From Dehalococcoidia bacterium (lineage in GTDB: Bacteria; Chloroflexota; Dehalococcoidia; UBA2979): 64,000 bases of DNA. The position numbers were made by a program, and so were the translations under genes. Positions 46,155-56,003 of the stretch are shown here, piece after piece. The first letter of the stretch is position 1. Each line of letters starts with the position of its first letter. Where the stretch lies: contig CAXXDN010000002.1 of assembly GCA_963667465.2 (NCBI GenBank), positions 352,001-416,000 of the forward strand, in the 5' to 3' direction. The notes beneath the pieces are model-generated. The model saw only the letters and a program-made list of their open reading frames with translations, did not search any database and was not told the DNA's origin.

Positions 46155-48239
46155 CTACCAGGACACCCGTCGCGCCTCGAGGTCACTCAACCCCTCGGCG
46201 TCGATAGCGAGCAGCTCCGCGAAGACGGAGGCGGTGTGCTCGCCGAGCCAGGGGGCGCGCCCGCGCACGTCGATGCGCTGGCCGCCGAGCACCCAGGGCG
46301 AGGCGAAGTGGAGGTGCGTCTCGCCCTCGGGGACGTGGAGCTGGCCGCTCGCCGTGAGCTCGCCGCCGCGCACCACCTCGCGGACGTCCCGCACGCGCTC
46401 CGCGATCACGCCGCGCTGGCGCAACGCGATCTGCAGCGACTGCGCGTCCCAGACCCGCGAGCCCGCGGCCAGCGCTGTCGCGGCGTCGCCGTCATCGAGG
46501 TTCACTCGCAGCACAGCGGCGACCGCGGCGAGGTCGGCGGCGTCTCGGCAGGTGACGGCGATCCACTCCTCGTGCTGGCAGGGCAGGCAGCCCTCGTACG
46601 CGGCCTCGCTCGCGCGGTCCACGCTGAACTCGCGCATCAGCGCCGCCGAAACGCCGAACAGCGTCGACTCGACGAGGGCGCCGCGGCCGCTGCGGTCGCG
46701 CTCCTCGATGGCGCGCAGCAGGCCAAGCGTGAGCGCTGCGGCGCAGAGCGGGTCCGGGTAGGCGATGCTGCGGTCGCTCCAGGGCCGGTCCGGCCCGGCG
46801 TAACCGAAGCCGCACATCAGCAGCATCCCGTAGCCGTAGCCGGTCATGCCCTCGAGGTGACTACCGGGCTGGTACGCGGAGAGCCGCCCGATCACGAGAC
46901 CGGGGTTGGCTGCCCAGAGCTCGTCCTCGTGCAGCCCGAGGCGGCGCGCACGCTCGGCGCCCGGCGTCAGGTTGGAGAGCAGCACGTCCGCCTGCGCGAC
47001 GAGCCGGTGGAGCAGCGCCCGGCCCTCGGCGGTCGTGAGGTCCAGCAGGACGCTCTCCTTGCCGCGGTTGACTTCGCGGAACCCGCCGGAGCGGTCCCAG
47101 TCCGCCTCGCCCCCGGCGTGCGGGTCGAGGTAGGTCATGATCGGCCGCACGTCGTCGAGACGGCGCTGCGACTCGATCTTGATCACGCGCGCGCCGAGCT
47201 GCCCGAGCAGCTGCCCGACGTAGGGCGTCGCCCAGACCGAGCTGACGTCAATCACGAGCATGCCGTCGAGCGGGCGGTGGGGGTGGCGGGCGGCGCGCGC
47301 CTCGGCGGCATCACGCTCCGCTGCGTCTCCCAGAGGCGCCGGGGTGGTGCGGTAGAGCCACTGGGCGTGGTCGGGTTCGCCGTCGAGCTGTTCCTGCAAC
47401 GCGGCGGCCTGGTCGGGCCGGTTGGCAAGCGCGAACGGCAGCCGGTACCGCAGCGAGAGATCGAGGATCTCCTCGCGGGTGTGCTCGGCCAGCCAGCCGG
47501 CGATGCGCGGGGCGAGCAACTCGACGCCGTCGAGGCGTCCCTGCTGGCTGCCGAAGATCTCCCAGCTCGCCCACCCCGGCTCGCCCATCGCCTCCCGCAG
47601 CCGCGCCCACTGCTCGTCCCGCACGATGATCGTGTAGACGGGGCCGTCCTTCGCCTCGAAGACGCCGGACGGCTGGTAAACGGAGACGCCGAGCCGCGAG
47701 GGCGCGACGCCCGTGTAGAGCCACTGGATCGCCGCCCACGACGTGGCGATCGCGAGGCACTCGAGCTTCGTGAGCTCCGTCACCCCGGAGGTCGCCCCGC
47801 TGAGCGCCAGCGCGCCGATCCAGAGCGCCGCGAACGAGCCGGCGAGTGCGTCCGCCTGGTGCGCAGAGAGCACCGCTGGCCGCTGCTCGGGGTCCGAGGG
47901 GGTGCCCGTGGTGTGCAGCAGACCGGCAGCGGCGGAGACGGTCAGGTCGCTGCCGCGTTGAGCGCCGGGCTCACGGCCGAACGCCGAGAGCAGCAGCAGC
48001 GGGCAACCGGCCGCCTCGGCGGCGCGGGTCGCCTCCTCGTCGCGCCCGCGCCACGCCTCGTCGTCGAGGTCAGCGAGCAGTGCGGCCGCGGGCGGCGGGT
48101 CGGCGTCCGGGTCGAGGGGGCGCGGCTCGAGGCCGGCGCGGCGCAGGTGCAGCGCCGCCCACTCGATGGCGGGCGTGCGCCCGGCGAGCAGTACGGCCGG
48201 GCGCTCGCCCTCGCTGCGTCCGCGGGCCGCTGTGCTCAG
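46155..48239 (-). CDS. Family III CoA-transferase, two-domain (degenerate N-terminal domain)
   Basis: LDGMLVIDVS, GARVIKIES, NRGKESVLLDL, YPDP, APWLGEHT; probable CTG start overlapping the upstream TGA. Confidence 0.85.
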   Translation of the reverse strand: MSTAARGRSEGERPAVLLAGRTPAIEWAALHLRRAGLEPRPLDPDADPPPAAALLADLDDEAWRGRDEEATRAAEAAGCPLLLLSAFGREPGAQRGSDLTVSAAAGLLHTTGTPSDPEQRPAVLSAHQADALAGSFAALWIGALALSGATSGVTELTKLECLAIATSWAAIQWLYTGVAPSRLGVSVYQPSGVFEAKDGPVYTIIVRDEQWARLREAMGEPGWASWEIFGSQQGRLDGVELLAPRIAGWLAEHTREEILDLSLRYRLPFALANRPDQAAALQEQLDGEPDHAQWLYRTTPAPLGDAAERDAAEARAARHPHRPLDGMLVIDVSSVWATPYVGQLLGQLGARVIKIESQRRLDDVRPIMTYLDPHAGGEADWDRSGGFREVNRGKESVLLDLTTAEGRALLHRLVAQADVLLSNLTPGAERARRLGLHEDELWAANPGLVIGRLSAYQPGSHLEGMTGYGYGMLLMCGFGYAGPDRPWSDRSIAYPDPLCAAALTLGLLRAIEERDRSGRGALVESTLFGVSAALMREFSVDRASEAAYEGCLPCQHEEWIAVTCRDAADLAAVAAVLRVNLDDGDAATALAAGSRVWDAQSLQIALRQRGVIAERVRDVREVVRGGELTASGQLHVPEGETHLHFASPWVLGGQRIDVRGRAPWLGEHTASVFAELLAIDAEGLSDLEARRVSW

Positions 48240-49114
48240 GCGGACAGCCCGCTGCTGCTGCGCGCGGCGGGCTGGATCGGGCGGCGCTCGCTGCTGACGC
48301 CGAACTCGGGCGTGCCGATCGCGGCGGCGCCCTTCGTCACCTCGGCCCAGTGCGCGTGGTTTGCCTCGTGGATGCTGAAGCAGGCCTTGAGCGCGGTGTA
48401 GAAGCCCTGCGCGTCCTGCGTCTGGTTGACCGACTCTTTGATCAGCAGTGCGGCGAACGAGGGCACCTCGGCGATCCGCCTGGCGAGGTTCAGCGTCTCC
48501 TCGTCCAGCACATCGCGCGCGAAGACCTTGTTCACCATGCCGAGCCGGTAGGCCTCGGCGGCGTCGATCGAGTCGCCGGTCAGCAGCAGCTCCTTCGCCT
48601 TGCGCGGTCCCAGCTCCCAGGGGTGCGCGAAGTACTCGAGGCCGCACATGCCGAGCCGCGCCCCGACCACGTCCACGAACACGGCGTCGTCCGAGGCGCA
48701 GATCAGGTCGCAGCACCAGGCGAGCATCAGCCCGGCGGAGATGCAGTAGCCGTGGACCTGCGCGATCGTGATCTTGCGCAGGTCGCGCCAGCGGCGCGTG
48801 TTCTCGAAGTAGTGCCGGAACTCGCGCAGCCAGCGCTCCTCCGTGCCTCGGCGGTCGGTGGCCGCGGCCAGCGCTTCGTTCTCTGCGAGGCGCTCCGGTG
48901 TGCCGAGGTCGTGCCCGGCGGAGAAGGCGGGGCCGAGGCCGCCGAGGATCACGACGCGCACGTCGTCGTCCGCCTCGGCGCGGAGGAATGCCTCGTCCAG
49001 CTCGCCGAGGAGGCCGTAGTTCTGCGCGTTGCGCGCATCGGGGCGATTGAGCCAGATGCGGGCGATCCGGCCCTCGTGCAGCGTCTCGTAGGTGACAAAG
49101 CGCCCGTCGGCCAT
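48236..49114 (-). CDS. Enoyl-CoA hydratase/crotonase family protein
   Basis: LNRPDARNAQ, FSAGHDL, IAQVHGYCISAG, KAKELLLTG. Confidence 0.92.
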   Translation of the reverse strand: MADGRFVTYETLHEGRIARIWLNRPDARNAQNYGLLGELDEAFLRAEADDDVRVVILGGLGPAFSAGHDLGTPERLAENEALAAATDRRGTEERWLREFRHYFENTRRWRDLRKITIAQVHGYCISAGLMLAWCCDLICASDDAVFVDVVGARLGMCGLEYFAHPWELGPRKAKELLLTGDSIDAAEAYRLGMVNKVFARDVLDEETLNLARRIAEVPSFAALLIKESVNQTQDAQGFYTALKACFSIHEANHAHWAEVTKGAAAIGTPEFGVSSERRPIQPAARSSSGLSA

Positions 49115-49229
49115 CCGTCTGCTCCGTTCCTCGCAGCCCGGCCGTGTGTGCCGGGGCGCTGCGGATGATAGCGGAGCGCCGTCTTGACGAGATCGCCGGG
49201 GGCGGGCCAGTGTGCGCGCGAGGCGCGCG

Positions 49230-49457
49230 ATGCCCGGTGAACACGTCCAAACGCCCATCGTCTACCTCCGGGAGATGCCCGATCGCATCGAGATCGGCTG
49301 GTTCGGGAACCCCTACCTGGTCTGCCCGACCTGCGACGAAGGCGCCCTCGTCACGATGCAGGATCCGCGGGGCCAGGGATCGATGCTGATCTGCGCGCGC
49401 GGCTGCGGTCAGCGCTTCTGGGTCGACGCGGCCGACCCGAAGGACGCCTCCGGCTAG
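49230..49457 (+). CDS. Small zinc-ribbon protein
   Basis: CPTC...CARGC; fills the gap between two minus-strand genes. Confidence 0.6.
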   Translation: MPGEHVQTPIVYLREMPDRIEIGWFGNPYLVCPTCDEGALVTMQDPRGQGSMLICARGCGQRFWVDAADPKDASG

Positions 49458-50047
49458 TCCACCGAGGCGGTCCAGCGCTCCTGCATCACGACCTCGTCGA
49501 GGTGCGCCCGCCGGTTCGGGCCGTAGTCGCGAGTCGGCCAGCCGAGCGGGATGATCGCGGCGCTCTCGATGCCCTCGGGAATGCCGAGCACCTCGTGCAG
49601 CTCCTCCTTGCGGCGGCGGTGCAGGGTGGTCAGCACCGTGCCGAGTCCGAGCGAGCGCGCCGCGAGCATCAGGTTCTGGCAGGCCGGGTAGATCGAGGCC
49701 CCCGTCTGGAAGCCCGCGCGCCCCGAGGGCGGCGTCCGCACGCAAGCGACGATCAGCACCGGCGCCGCGTCGAGTGGCTGCCGGTCGTCCTCGGACGACA
49801 CGGGCGCGCCGCGCGCGATCCGGGAGATGTCGGCGCGAGCCCGGTCGTAGACCTCGCGGATCCGCGCCTTCTGCTCCGCGTCGCGCACGACGATGAAGCG
49901 CCACGCCTGCGTGTTGGATCCCGAGGGCGCGTGGATCGCCGCCTGCAGCACGGCGCGCACAGCTTCCTCGCTGACCACACGCTCGGACCAGGCGCGGACG
50001 GCGCGCTGGTGGCGGAACAGATCGCCCGCGTCCTCGATCGGTCTCAT
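49454..50047 (-). CDS. Nitroreductase family protein
   Basis: RAVR, APSGSNTQAWRF, QNLMLAARSLGLG, PLGWP. Confidence 0.92.
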   Translation of the reverse strand: MRPIEDAGDLFRHQRAVRAWSERVVSEEAVRAVLQAAIHAPSGSNTQAWRFIVVRDAEQKARIREVYDRARADISRIARGAPVSSEDDRQPLDAAPVLIVACVRTPPSGRAGFQTGASIYPACQNLMLAARSLGLGTVLTTLHRRRKEELHEVLGIPEGIESAAIIPLGWPTRDYGPNRRAHLDEVVMQERWTASVD

Positions 50048-50052
50048 CGTCG

Positions 50053-50982
50053 CTAGATCGTCTCGACGAGCCCGCTGTAGGTCGCCATCACGCGGCCAGG
50101 CTGGCCCCAGCGCTCGGGTCGGCCGGCGGCCATGTCGTCGAGCTCGATGAGCCCTCGCTCGACGGCGAACTCGGGCGCGAAGACTGTCAGGCCGGAGTAG
50201 TACATCGGGTGCGGCGAGCTGGCGATGTGGGCGCAGCTGCGCCCGGCCGCGAGCGCCGAGTCGTGGTTCGCGGGGTCGTACGCATCGCCGCGCTGGACGG
50301 CCTTGCGCTCCACGCCGACGTCGCCGGGCTCGAGGTTGACGATCGCTACGTTGTGCTCGGCGATCTCCTTGGCGAGTCCGGGCGCGATGCGGTTGAAGGC
50401 CGCCTTGCTCACCGCGTAGGAGAGCCCCGGCCGCCCCGTCCAGTCGCTCGTCGGCTGCTTCGAGGACTCGACGATGCCGTTGCGCGAGGTGATGTGCACG
50501 ACGACGCCTCCGCCCTGCCCGATCATCACAGGGACGACCTTCTCGAGCAGGTAGAGCGGCGCGAGCGCGTTCACGCGCAGCGAGAGCTCGAAGACCTCGT
50601 GGGGCGTGATCAGGAACGGGTCCTTGTAGCCCCGGCCCACCCAGCGCGCGTTGTTGACCAGCACGTCGATCCGGCCGAACTCCTCGAGCGTGCGATCGAC
50701 GAGGGCGTCCATGTCGCCCTGTTCCAGCAGGTCGACACGCACGGCGAGGGCGCGCCGGCCGAGCGCCTCGACCTCGGCGACCGTCTCGGCAAGGCTCGTG
50801 CCGGGGACTGGGCGCACGTCCGAGTCCGTCACGGACTCGGACATCTCCTGCGGCTCGCCCGGCTCCAGCGTGCGTGCGGCAACGGCGAGGTCGTAGCCGG
50901 CCTCGGCGAGGGCGATCGCGCAGGCCTTGCCGACGCCGCGGCTGGCGCCGGTGACGATCGCGACGGGTGCGGACTCTTGCAC
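50053..50982 (-). CDS. SDR oxidoreductase
   Basis: VTGASRGVG, IDVLVNNA, YAVSK; GTG after GAGGAGG. Confidence 0.9.
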   Translation of the reverse strand: MQESAPVAIVTGASRGVGKACAIALAEAGYDLAVAARTLEPGEPQEMSESVTDSDVRPVPGTSLAETVAEVEALGRRALAVRVDLLEQGDMDALVDRTLEEFGRIDVLVNNARWVGRGYKDPFLITPHEVFELSLRVNALAPLYLLEKVVPVMIGQGGGVVVHITSRNGIVESSKQPTSDWTGRPGLSYAVSKAAFNRIAPGLAKEIAEHNVAIVNLEPGDVGVERKAVQRGDAYDPANHDSALAAGRSCAHIASSPHPMYYSGLTVFAPEFAVERGLIELDDMAAGRPERWGQPGRVMATYSGLVETI

Positions 50983-50996
50983 GGCGGCCTCCTCGG

Positions 50997-51818
50997 CTAG
51001 TCGGAGCGGATCGAGGACGAGTAGGTAGGCAGGCGGTCGAGCAGGAGGTCGTCCGCGCGGCTGCGCACCCGCTCCCTGGTCGCCTGGGGGTGGGTGAGGA
51101 TGTAGAAGCGCTCTTCGCGGATGGCGTTCACCACGAGGTCGCCGACATCCGTGGGCAGCATGCGGCGGCCCTGGCCGTCGAGCTGCTCGGCGCTGCGCGG
51201 CTGGCGCGGGCGCTGGTAGCCGCCCATCTGCACGGGCGTGCGGATGCGGCCGGGGCAGAGCACCGAGGCGCGCAGCTTCGAACCGGCCCGCAGCAGCTCG
51301 TGGTGCAGTGACTCCGTCAGCGCGACCACGCCGGCTTTCGTCGCGACGTAGGTACTGATGCCCGGCCGGGAGCCGAGGCCGGCCGCCGAGGCGGTGTTGA
51401 CCACGTGCCCCTCGCTGTCCTGCTCGATCATCAGCGGCACGAAGACATGCATGCCGTTGAGCACGCCCCAGAAGTTCACGCCGACGACGGCCTGCCACTC
51501 CTCGTGTGGCAGCTCCCAGAGCGCGGGCTCGGGCCGCGAGTTGAGACCGGCGTTGTTGCAGAGCACATGCACAGCGCCGAACTCGTCGAGCACGCGCCGC
51601 GACAGCGCCTCGACGCTGTCGCGATTGGTGACATCGGTCGGCACGCCGATCACGGCGCCGTACTGGCCGAGCGCCTGCTCCGCCTCCTTGAGGCCATCCG
51701 CGTCGATGTCGGCGAGGGCGACGCGCATCCCCGCCTCGAGCAGGCGCTGCGCGATCCCGCTGCCGATGCCACCCGATCCGCCGGTGACGACGGCGACCTT
51801 GTCCTGGAAGTCGCGCAT
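50997..51818 (-). CDS. SDR oxidoreductase
   Basis: VTGGSGGIG, CNNAG, NTAS, YVATK. Confidence 0.92.
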   Translation of the reverse strand: MRDFQDKVAVVTGGSGGIGSGIAQRLLEAGMRVALADIDADGLKEAEQALGQYGAVIGVPTDVTNRDSVEALSRRVLDEFGAVHVLCNNAGLNSRPEPALWELPHEEWQAVVGVNFWGVLNGMHVFVPLMIEQDSEGHVVNTASAAGLGSRPGISTYVATKAGVVALTESLHHELLRAGSKLRASVLCPGRIRTPVQMGGYQRPRQPRSAEQLDGQGRRMLPTDVGDLVVNAIREERFYILTHPQATRERVRSRADDLLLDRLPTYSSSIRSD

Positions 51819-52053
51819 CGGTGCCTCCTCTTCTCAGCTCATTCGGAGCAGTGGCGCCGAGTGTAGTCCCTGCTATCCGGCGATGCGCCCTCTCCCGGGC
51901 GCTGCTGCCTCGTGCGAACCGGCCAGGAGCGGGCGTCCGGGCTCCCTCCGGGCGCGAGGTTGGGCGGGGAGTGGTGGGGCGCAACCCCCAGCCGCAGAGG
52001 CGCGAACTGGCTCGGAGGCCCGGTGTATGCCGGAGTGGCGGGCTGCGCCCGCT

Positions 52054-52092
52054 CCCCCTCACCCCCGCCCTCTCCCGCGAGGGGAGAGGGGG
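52054..52092. repeat. REP/BoxC-like palindromic element (unoccupied IS110 target)
   Basis: CCCCCTCACCCCCGCCCTCTCCCGCGAGGGGAGAGGGGG; its reverse complement matches the flanks of the IS110. Confidence 0.8.
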
Positions 52093-52356
52093 CCGGAGGG
52101 GACGCTACTCGCGTGGGTGTGCTCGATAGCCGCGGAGTTGGCCGCGGACCGAGGGGGGCGTGCGGCGCAGCCCCCACAGAAAGAACATCCGAGGGCGGGT
52201 GGGTGGGCCAGAGGCGCCCTGCGGGGTATCCCTCGCGTCCTCGACACGACCATGCGCGTGCTCGTCCGGGATGGGGGTGTGGGGGCCTGCGAGTTGTCCT
52301 CGCATCCGATCGAAACAGCGCCCCCCGCAACAGACTCGTGCGAGGCCGTGGAAGGG

Positions 52357-53508
52357 CTAGAAGCCCTGCCAGTCCGGCGCGCTCGTGGGCAGCGCGACCT
52401 GCGCGCGGCCCTTCGCGGTTGTCTCGCCGACCTGGTTCTCCGCCCACAGCTCGAGGTCCACGAGGTGGTCCGAGCCCTCGATCTGCTTGCCGCTCACCCG
52501 GCCCTTGAGCCAGGTGGTGTCGCCGAGGTAGTTGAAGCGCCGGACCTCGCCGTAGAGGCGGGTCATGAATCCGTCGTTGCCCATCCAGTTCGTCACGGGG
52601 TGGCCGAGCCAGCACATCCGCTGCGAGCCGTAGTCGTAGGCCATCGGCAGCCCGGCCTGGCCGGCGGTGCCGGAGGCGGCGTGCACGCGGATCACCGCTT
52701 CGAGCGCCCCCGTGTTCGGGTCGCGGTACCAGAAGGCCGGGTGGCGGCGCGACTCGCGCACGGAAAAGACGTGCGCCATGCCGCCGATGCAGCCCGCCTC
52801 GAAGGCGGCGATGTCGCCGAGGCTGAGCGGGCCCTTGACCACGGGGGGCACCTCGTCGCCGATCTCGACGTCCTCCCAGAAGCGAGGAGTCGCGCCGCGG
52901 ATCTCCTCGTTGAGCATCTGCTCCTCGATCTCGAACAGCTCGTCCTCGCTGTAGGAGTACGGCTCGCGTTGGTACTTGCCGCGCTCGCGCGCGGCGCGGC
53001 GCTCGGCGCGGAACTGCCAGCCCTTGCACTCGGCGATCACCTCGCCTCGCTGGTTGCGGTAGGTGGAGATGCTGGACTGGATCATCGTGCGGCCGGCGAA
53101 CTCGCCCTGGCGCTCGTCGAGGCCGGTGAACTGCTCCTGCACCGTGATCCGGTCGCCGAGCATGATCGGGCGATGCCAGACCCAGTCGTTGCCGGCGTGG
53201 AAGCCGTGCACGCCGGGCAGCCCGCCCGTCCGGCCCGAGGTCCAGTAGACGCTGTAGAGGAAGGTCGGCGGCGCGATGATCCCGCCCCAGCGCGTGGAGG
53301 CCGCGTACTCGGCGTCCACCCACAGCGGGTTGGGGTCGCCGATGCCGCGCACGAAGTGGCGGATGCTGTCGCGCGTCGCCTCCTCGTGCAGCGGCCCCAG
53401 GCCGTAGAAGCTCGGCCGGTTGTAGCTGCCGAGGCGCGAGCGCAGCCGGTCGAGGGCCTCCTCGGTGATCAGGCCCTCGCTGATTTGGGGCGCGTCCTGC
53501 TCGGCCAT
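52357..53508 (-). CDS. MaoC-like double hot-dog dehydratase
   Basis: IRHFVRGIGDPNPLW, APPTF, GDRIT, WEDVEIGD, TNWMG, GDT. Confidence 0.88.
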   Translation of the reverse strand: MAEQDAPQISEGLITEEALDRLRSRLGSYNRPSFYGLGPLHEEATRDSIRHFVRGIGDPNPLWVDAEYAASTRWGGIIAPPTFLYSVYWTSGRTGGLPGVHGFHAGNDWVWHRPIMLGDRITVQEQFTGLDERQGEFAGRTMIQSSISTYRNQRGEVIAECKGWQFRAERRAARERGKYQREPYSYSEDELFEIEEQMLNEEIRGATPRFWEDVEIGDEVPPVVKGPLSLGDIAAFEAGCIGGMAHVFSVRESRRHPAFWYRDPNTGALEAVIRVHAASGTAGQAGLPMAYDYGSQRMCWLGHPVTNWMGNDGFMTRLYGEVRRFNYLGDTTWLKGRVSGKQIEGSDHLVDLELWAENQVGETTAKGRAQVALPTSAPDWQGF

Positions 53509-53647
53509 CGCTGCCTCCTTGCCGCCTCGTGGGGCAAGCCTACCGCGATGCGCGCCCGAAGGGGGCAGCGGGGGCGCCCGGTCGCTCACGCGTGGGGGCG
53601 TGGGTATGATGCGGGCGCCAATCGAGCACCGGGAAAGGGCCGTGCGC

Positions 53648-54817
53648 ATGCACTACGGCTGGACCGACGAGCAACTGCAGTTCCGCGACGATCTGCGTGC
53701 CTTCATCGCCGAGCACCGCACCGAAGAACTCCTCGGCGAGCTCGAGGAGTACCACCTGACCTACGTGCATGGCCCCGCCATGAAGCGCTTCCGCAGCGCC
53801 CTCGACGCTGCCGGGTTCTCGACGATGGCCTGGCCGAAGGAGTACGGGGGCCAGGACAGGGGCGCCTTTTATCTCTTCATCCTCAAGGAGGAGCTGGAGT
53901 ACTGGGGGATGCCCTACGACGCGCTCTCCGTGCTCTCGGTGGGCACGACGATCATGCGCTTCGGCAGCGAGAGCCAGAAGCGTGAATGGCTGCCGAAGAT
54001 CCAGACCGGCGAGATGAACTTCGCGATCGGCTACACCGAGCCGAACGCCGGTACCGACCTCGCCTCGCTGCAGACGCGCGCGGTCCGCGACGGCGACGAG
54101 TGGGTGCTGAACGGGCAGAAGATCTACACCTCGGCGGCGCACAACGCGAGCCACCTCTTCATGGCTGCGCGCACGGACCCCGAGGCGCCCAAGCACCGCG
54201 GCATCTCCGTCTTCGTCTTCCCCATGGACACGCCCGGCATCACCGTGCGCCCGCTCTGGACGATGGGCGGCGGCCGCACCAACGAGACCTTCTACGAGGA
54301 CGTGCGCATCCCCGCCAACTCGATCATCGGCGAGGAGAACCGCGGCTGGTACACGATCATGAACGCGCTCGACCTCGAGCGCGTCACGATCGGCCCCTAC
54401 GCGCCGATCAAGCGCGTGCTCGACCTGATGGTCGGCTACGTCCGCGAGGAGCGCACCGAGCTGCGCGACGATCCGATCGTGCGCACGAAGCTCGCCGAGA
54501 CGAAGCTCGACTACGAGATATCGCGGGCGCTGGCGACGACCAACGCGGCGATCATCGACGGCGGTCACACGCCGACCATGGAGGCCTCGATGACGAAGGT
54601 CTGGTCGACCGACATGAAGGAGCGTGTGAGCAACCTGGCGATGGACCTCCTCGGCTGGGAGGGCGCGCTGCAGGGGGCCAGCGGTCCGGTCGCGCCCCTC
54701 GGAGGGGACTTCGAGGAGCGCTGGCGCGGCGCGCCGGCGGTGCGCTTCGGCGGCGGCACGAACGACGTCCAGCGGCAGATCATCGCCACGCGCGGCCTCA
54801 ACCTGCCGCGCGGCTAA
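53648..54817 (+). CDS. Acyl-CoA dehydrogenase (catalytic subunit of a probable heteromeric pair)
   Basis: WPKEYGG, GYTEPNAGTDLASL, NGQKIYTS, LDLER, GGGTNDVQR. Confidence 0.92.
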   Translation: MHYGWTDEQLQFRDDLRAFIAEHRTEELLGELEEYHLTYVHGPAMKRFRSALDAAGFSTMAWPKEYGGQDRGAFYLFILKEELEYWGMPYDALSVLSVGTTIMRFGSESQKREWLPKIQTGEMNFAIGYTEPNAGTDLASLQTRAVRDGDEWVLNGQKIYTSAAHNASHLFMAARTDPEAPKHRGISVFVFPMDTPGITVRPLWTMGGGRTNETFYEDVRIPANSIIGEENRGWYTIMNALDLERVTIGPYAPIKRVLDLMVGYVREERTELRDDPIVRTKLAETKLDYEISRALATTNAAIIDGGHTPTMEASMTKVWSTDMKERVSNLAMDLLGWEGALQGASGPVAPLGGDFEERWRGAPAVRFGGGTNDVQRQIIATRGLNLPRG

Positions 54818-54831
54818 CGGGAGCGTACCCA

Positions 54832-55905
54832 GTGGACCTCCAACCAACAGACCTCCAGGAGCTGTTGCGCGGCAACGCCGAGGACGTCCTCGGGCGCGAG
54901 GCGCCCGCCGACCGCGTCCGCGAGATCGAGCAGGCAGGCGAGCCCGACGCCGCGCTCTGGTCGACGCTCGTCGACCTCGGCTGGACCGGGCTCGCGGTGC
55001 CCGACGAGCACGGGGGCCAGGGCGGCTCGCTGCTCGACCTCGCCGTGATCGTCGAGCAGCTCTGCCGCCACGCCGTGCTGACGCCCTTCGTCCCGACCGC
55101 CCTCGCCGCGATCGTGGTCCAGCGGCACGGCGACGAGGCGCTGCAAGCCGAGCTGCTGCCCCGCATCGCCGAGGGTGCGACGGTCGCGATCGCTCTCGCC
55201 GAGGGCCACGGCGAGCTGCGCGACCTCGCGGCGACGTACGCGGACGGCGCGGTCAGCGGCGAGAAGCGTTTCGTCGAGTACGCGCGCAGCAGCGACCTGC
55301 ACCTCGTCGCCGCGAGCCGCAACGGCACACCGGGCCTCGCGATCGTCCCGGCCGGCGCCGCCGGTGTGCGCGTTGAGCAGGACCTCGTGAGCATCGGCAA
55401 GACGCCGCAGGCGATCGTCGCCTACGAGGGCGCACCGGCCGACGCCTGGATGGAGGGCGAGGCAGCCGTAGAGGATCTGCGGCGGCTCGGATCGGCGCTG
55501 GCCTCGCTGGAGTCGTACGCGCACGCGCAGCGCGCGCTCGACATGACGGTGGACTACGTGCAGACGCGCGTGCAGTTCGGGCGGCCGATCGGGTCGTTCC
55601 AGGCGGTGCAGATGCGGCTCGCGGACCTTGCGACGCGCGTGCAGGCGAGCAACTTCCTGGTGCACGAGCTGCTCTGGCACTTCGATGAGGGCAGCGACGA
55701 CCCGGAGCAGATCGCGGTCGTGAAGGCGGTGACGGCGCAGACGGTGGCGCAGGTCACGCAGGACTGCCACCTGCTGCACGGCGGCATCGGCTTCATCACG
55801 GAGTACGACCTCTACTTCCACACGATCCGTGGCAAGGAAGCCTCGCTGCGCTTCGGTGGCGCCGGCGAGGCGCTGCGCACCGTCGCCGACGCCCTCCTCG
55901 ACTAG
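54832..55905 (+). CDS. Acyl-CoA dehydrogenase (short partner subunit)
   Basis: LGW, EHGGQG, RVQFGRPIGSFQAV, LHGGIGF; GTG after GGGAG. Confidence 0.9.
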   Translation: MDLQPTDLQELLRGNAEDVLGREAPADRVREIEQAGEPDAALWSTLVDLGWTGLAVPDEHGGQGGSLLDLAVIVEQLCRHAVLTPFVPTALAAIVVQRHGDEALQAELLPRIAEGATVAIALAEGHGELRDLAATYADGAVSGEKRFVEYARSSDLHLVAASRNGTPGLAIVPAGAAGVRVEQDLVSIGKTPQAIVAYEGAPADAWMEGEAAVEDLRRLGSALASLESYAHAQRALDMTVDYVQTRVQFGRPIGSFQAVQMRLADLATRVQASNFLVHELLWHFDEGSDDPEQIAVVKAVTAQTVAQVTQDCHLLHGGIGFITEYDLYFHTIRGKEASLRFGGAGEALRTVADALLD

Positions 55906-55927
55906 CCGCGCGCACGCGCGATCCGGT

Positions 55928-55982
55928 CCCCTCGCCCCTTGCGGGAGAGGGCGGTCCGGCTCCCTCGCCCCTTGCGGGAGAG
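55928..55982. repeat. Two tandem REP-like palindromes; the second is split by the IS110
   Basis: CCCCTCGCCCCTTGCGGGAGAGGGCGG (55928-55954) then CCCTCGCCCCTTGCGGGAGAG (55962-55982), continuing as GGCGGGGGGTGAGGGG at 57473. Confidence 0.85.
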
Positions 55983-56003
55983 ACACCCCAGGGTGCTAAG
56001 GCG

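Noticed and set aside
46155-49904. 1249-aa ORF as a single giant protein
   Set aside because: Only the part below 48239 resembles a CoA-transferase; the rest is an off-frame reading over the crotonase and nitroreductase genes.
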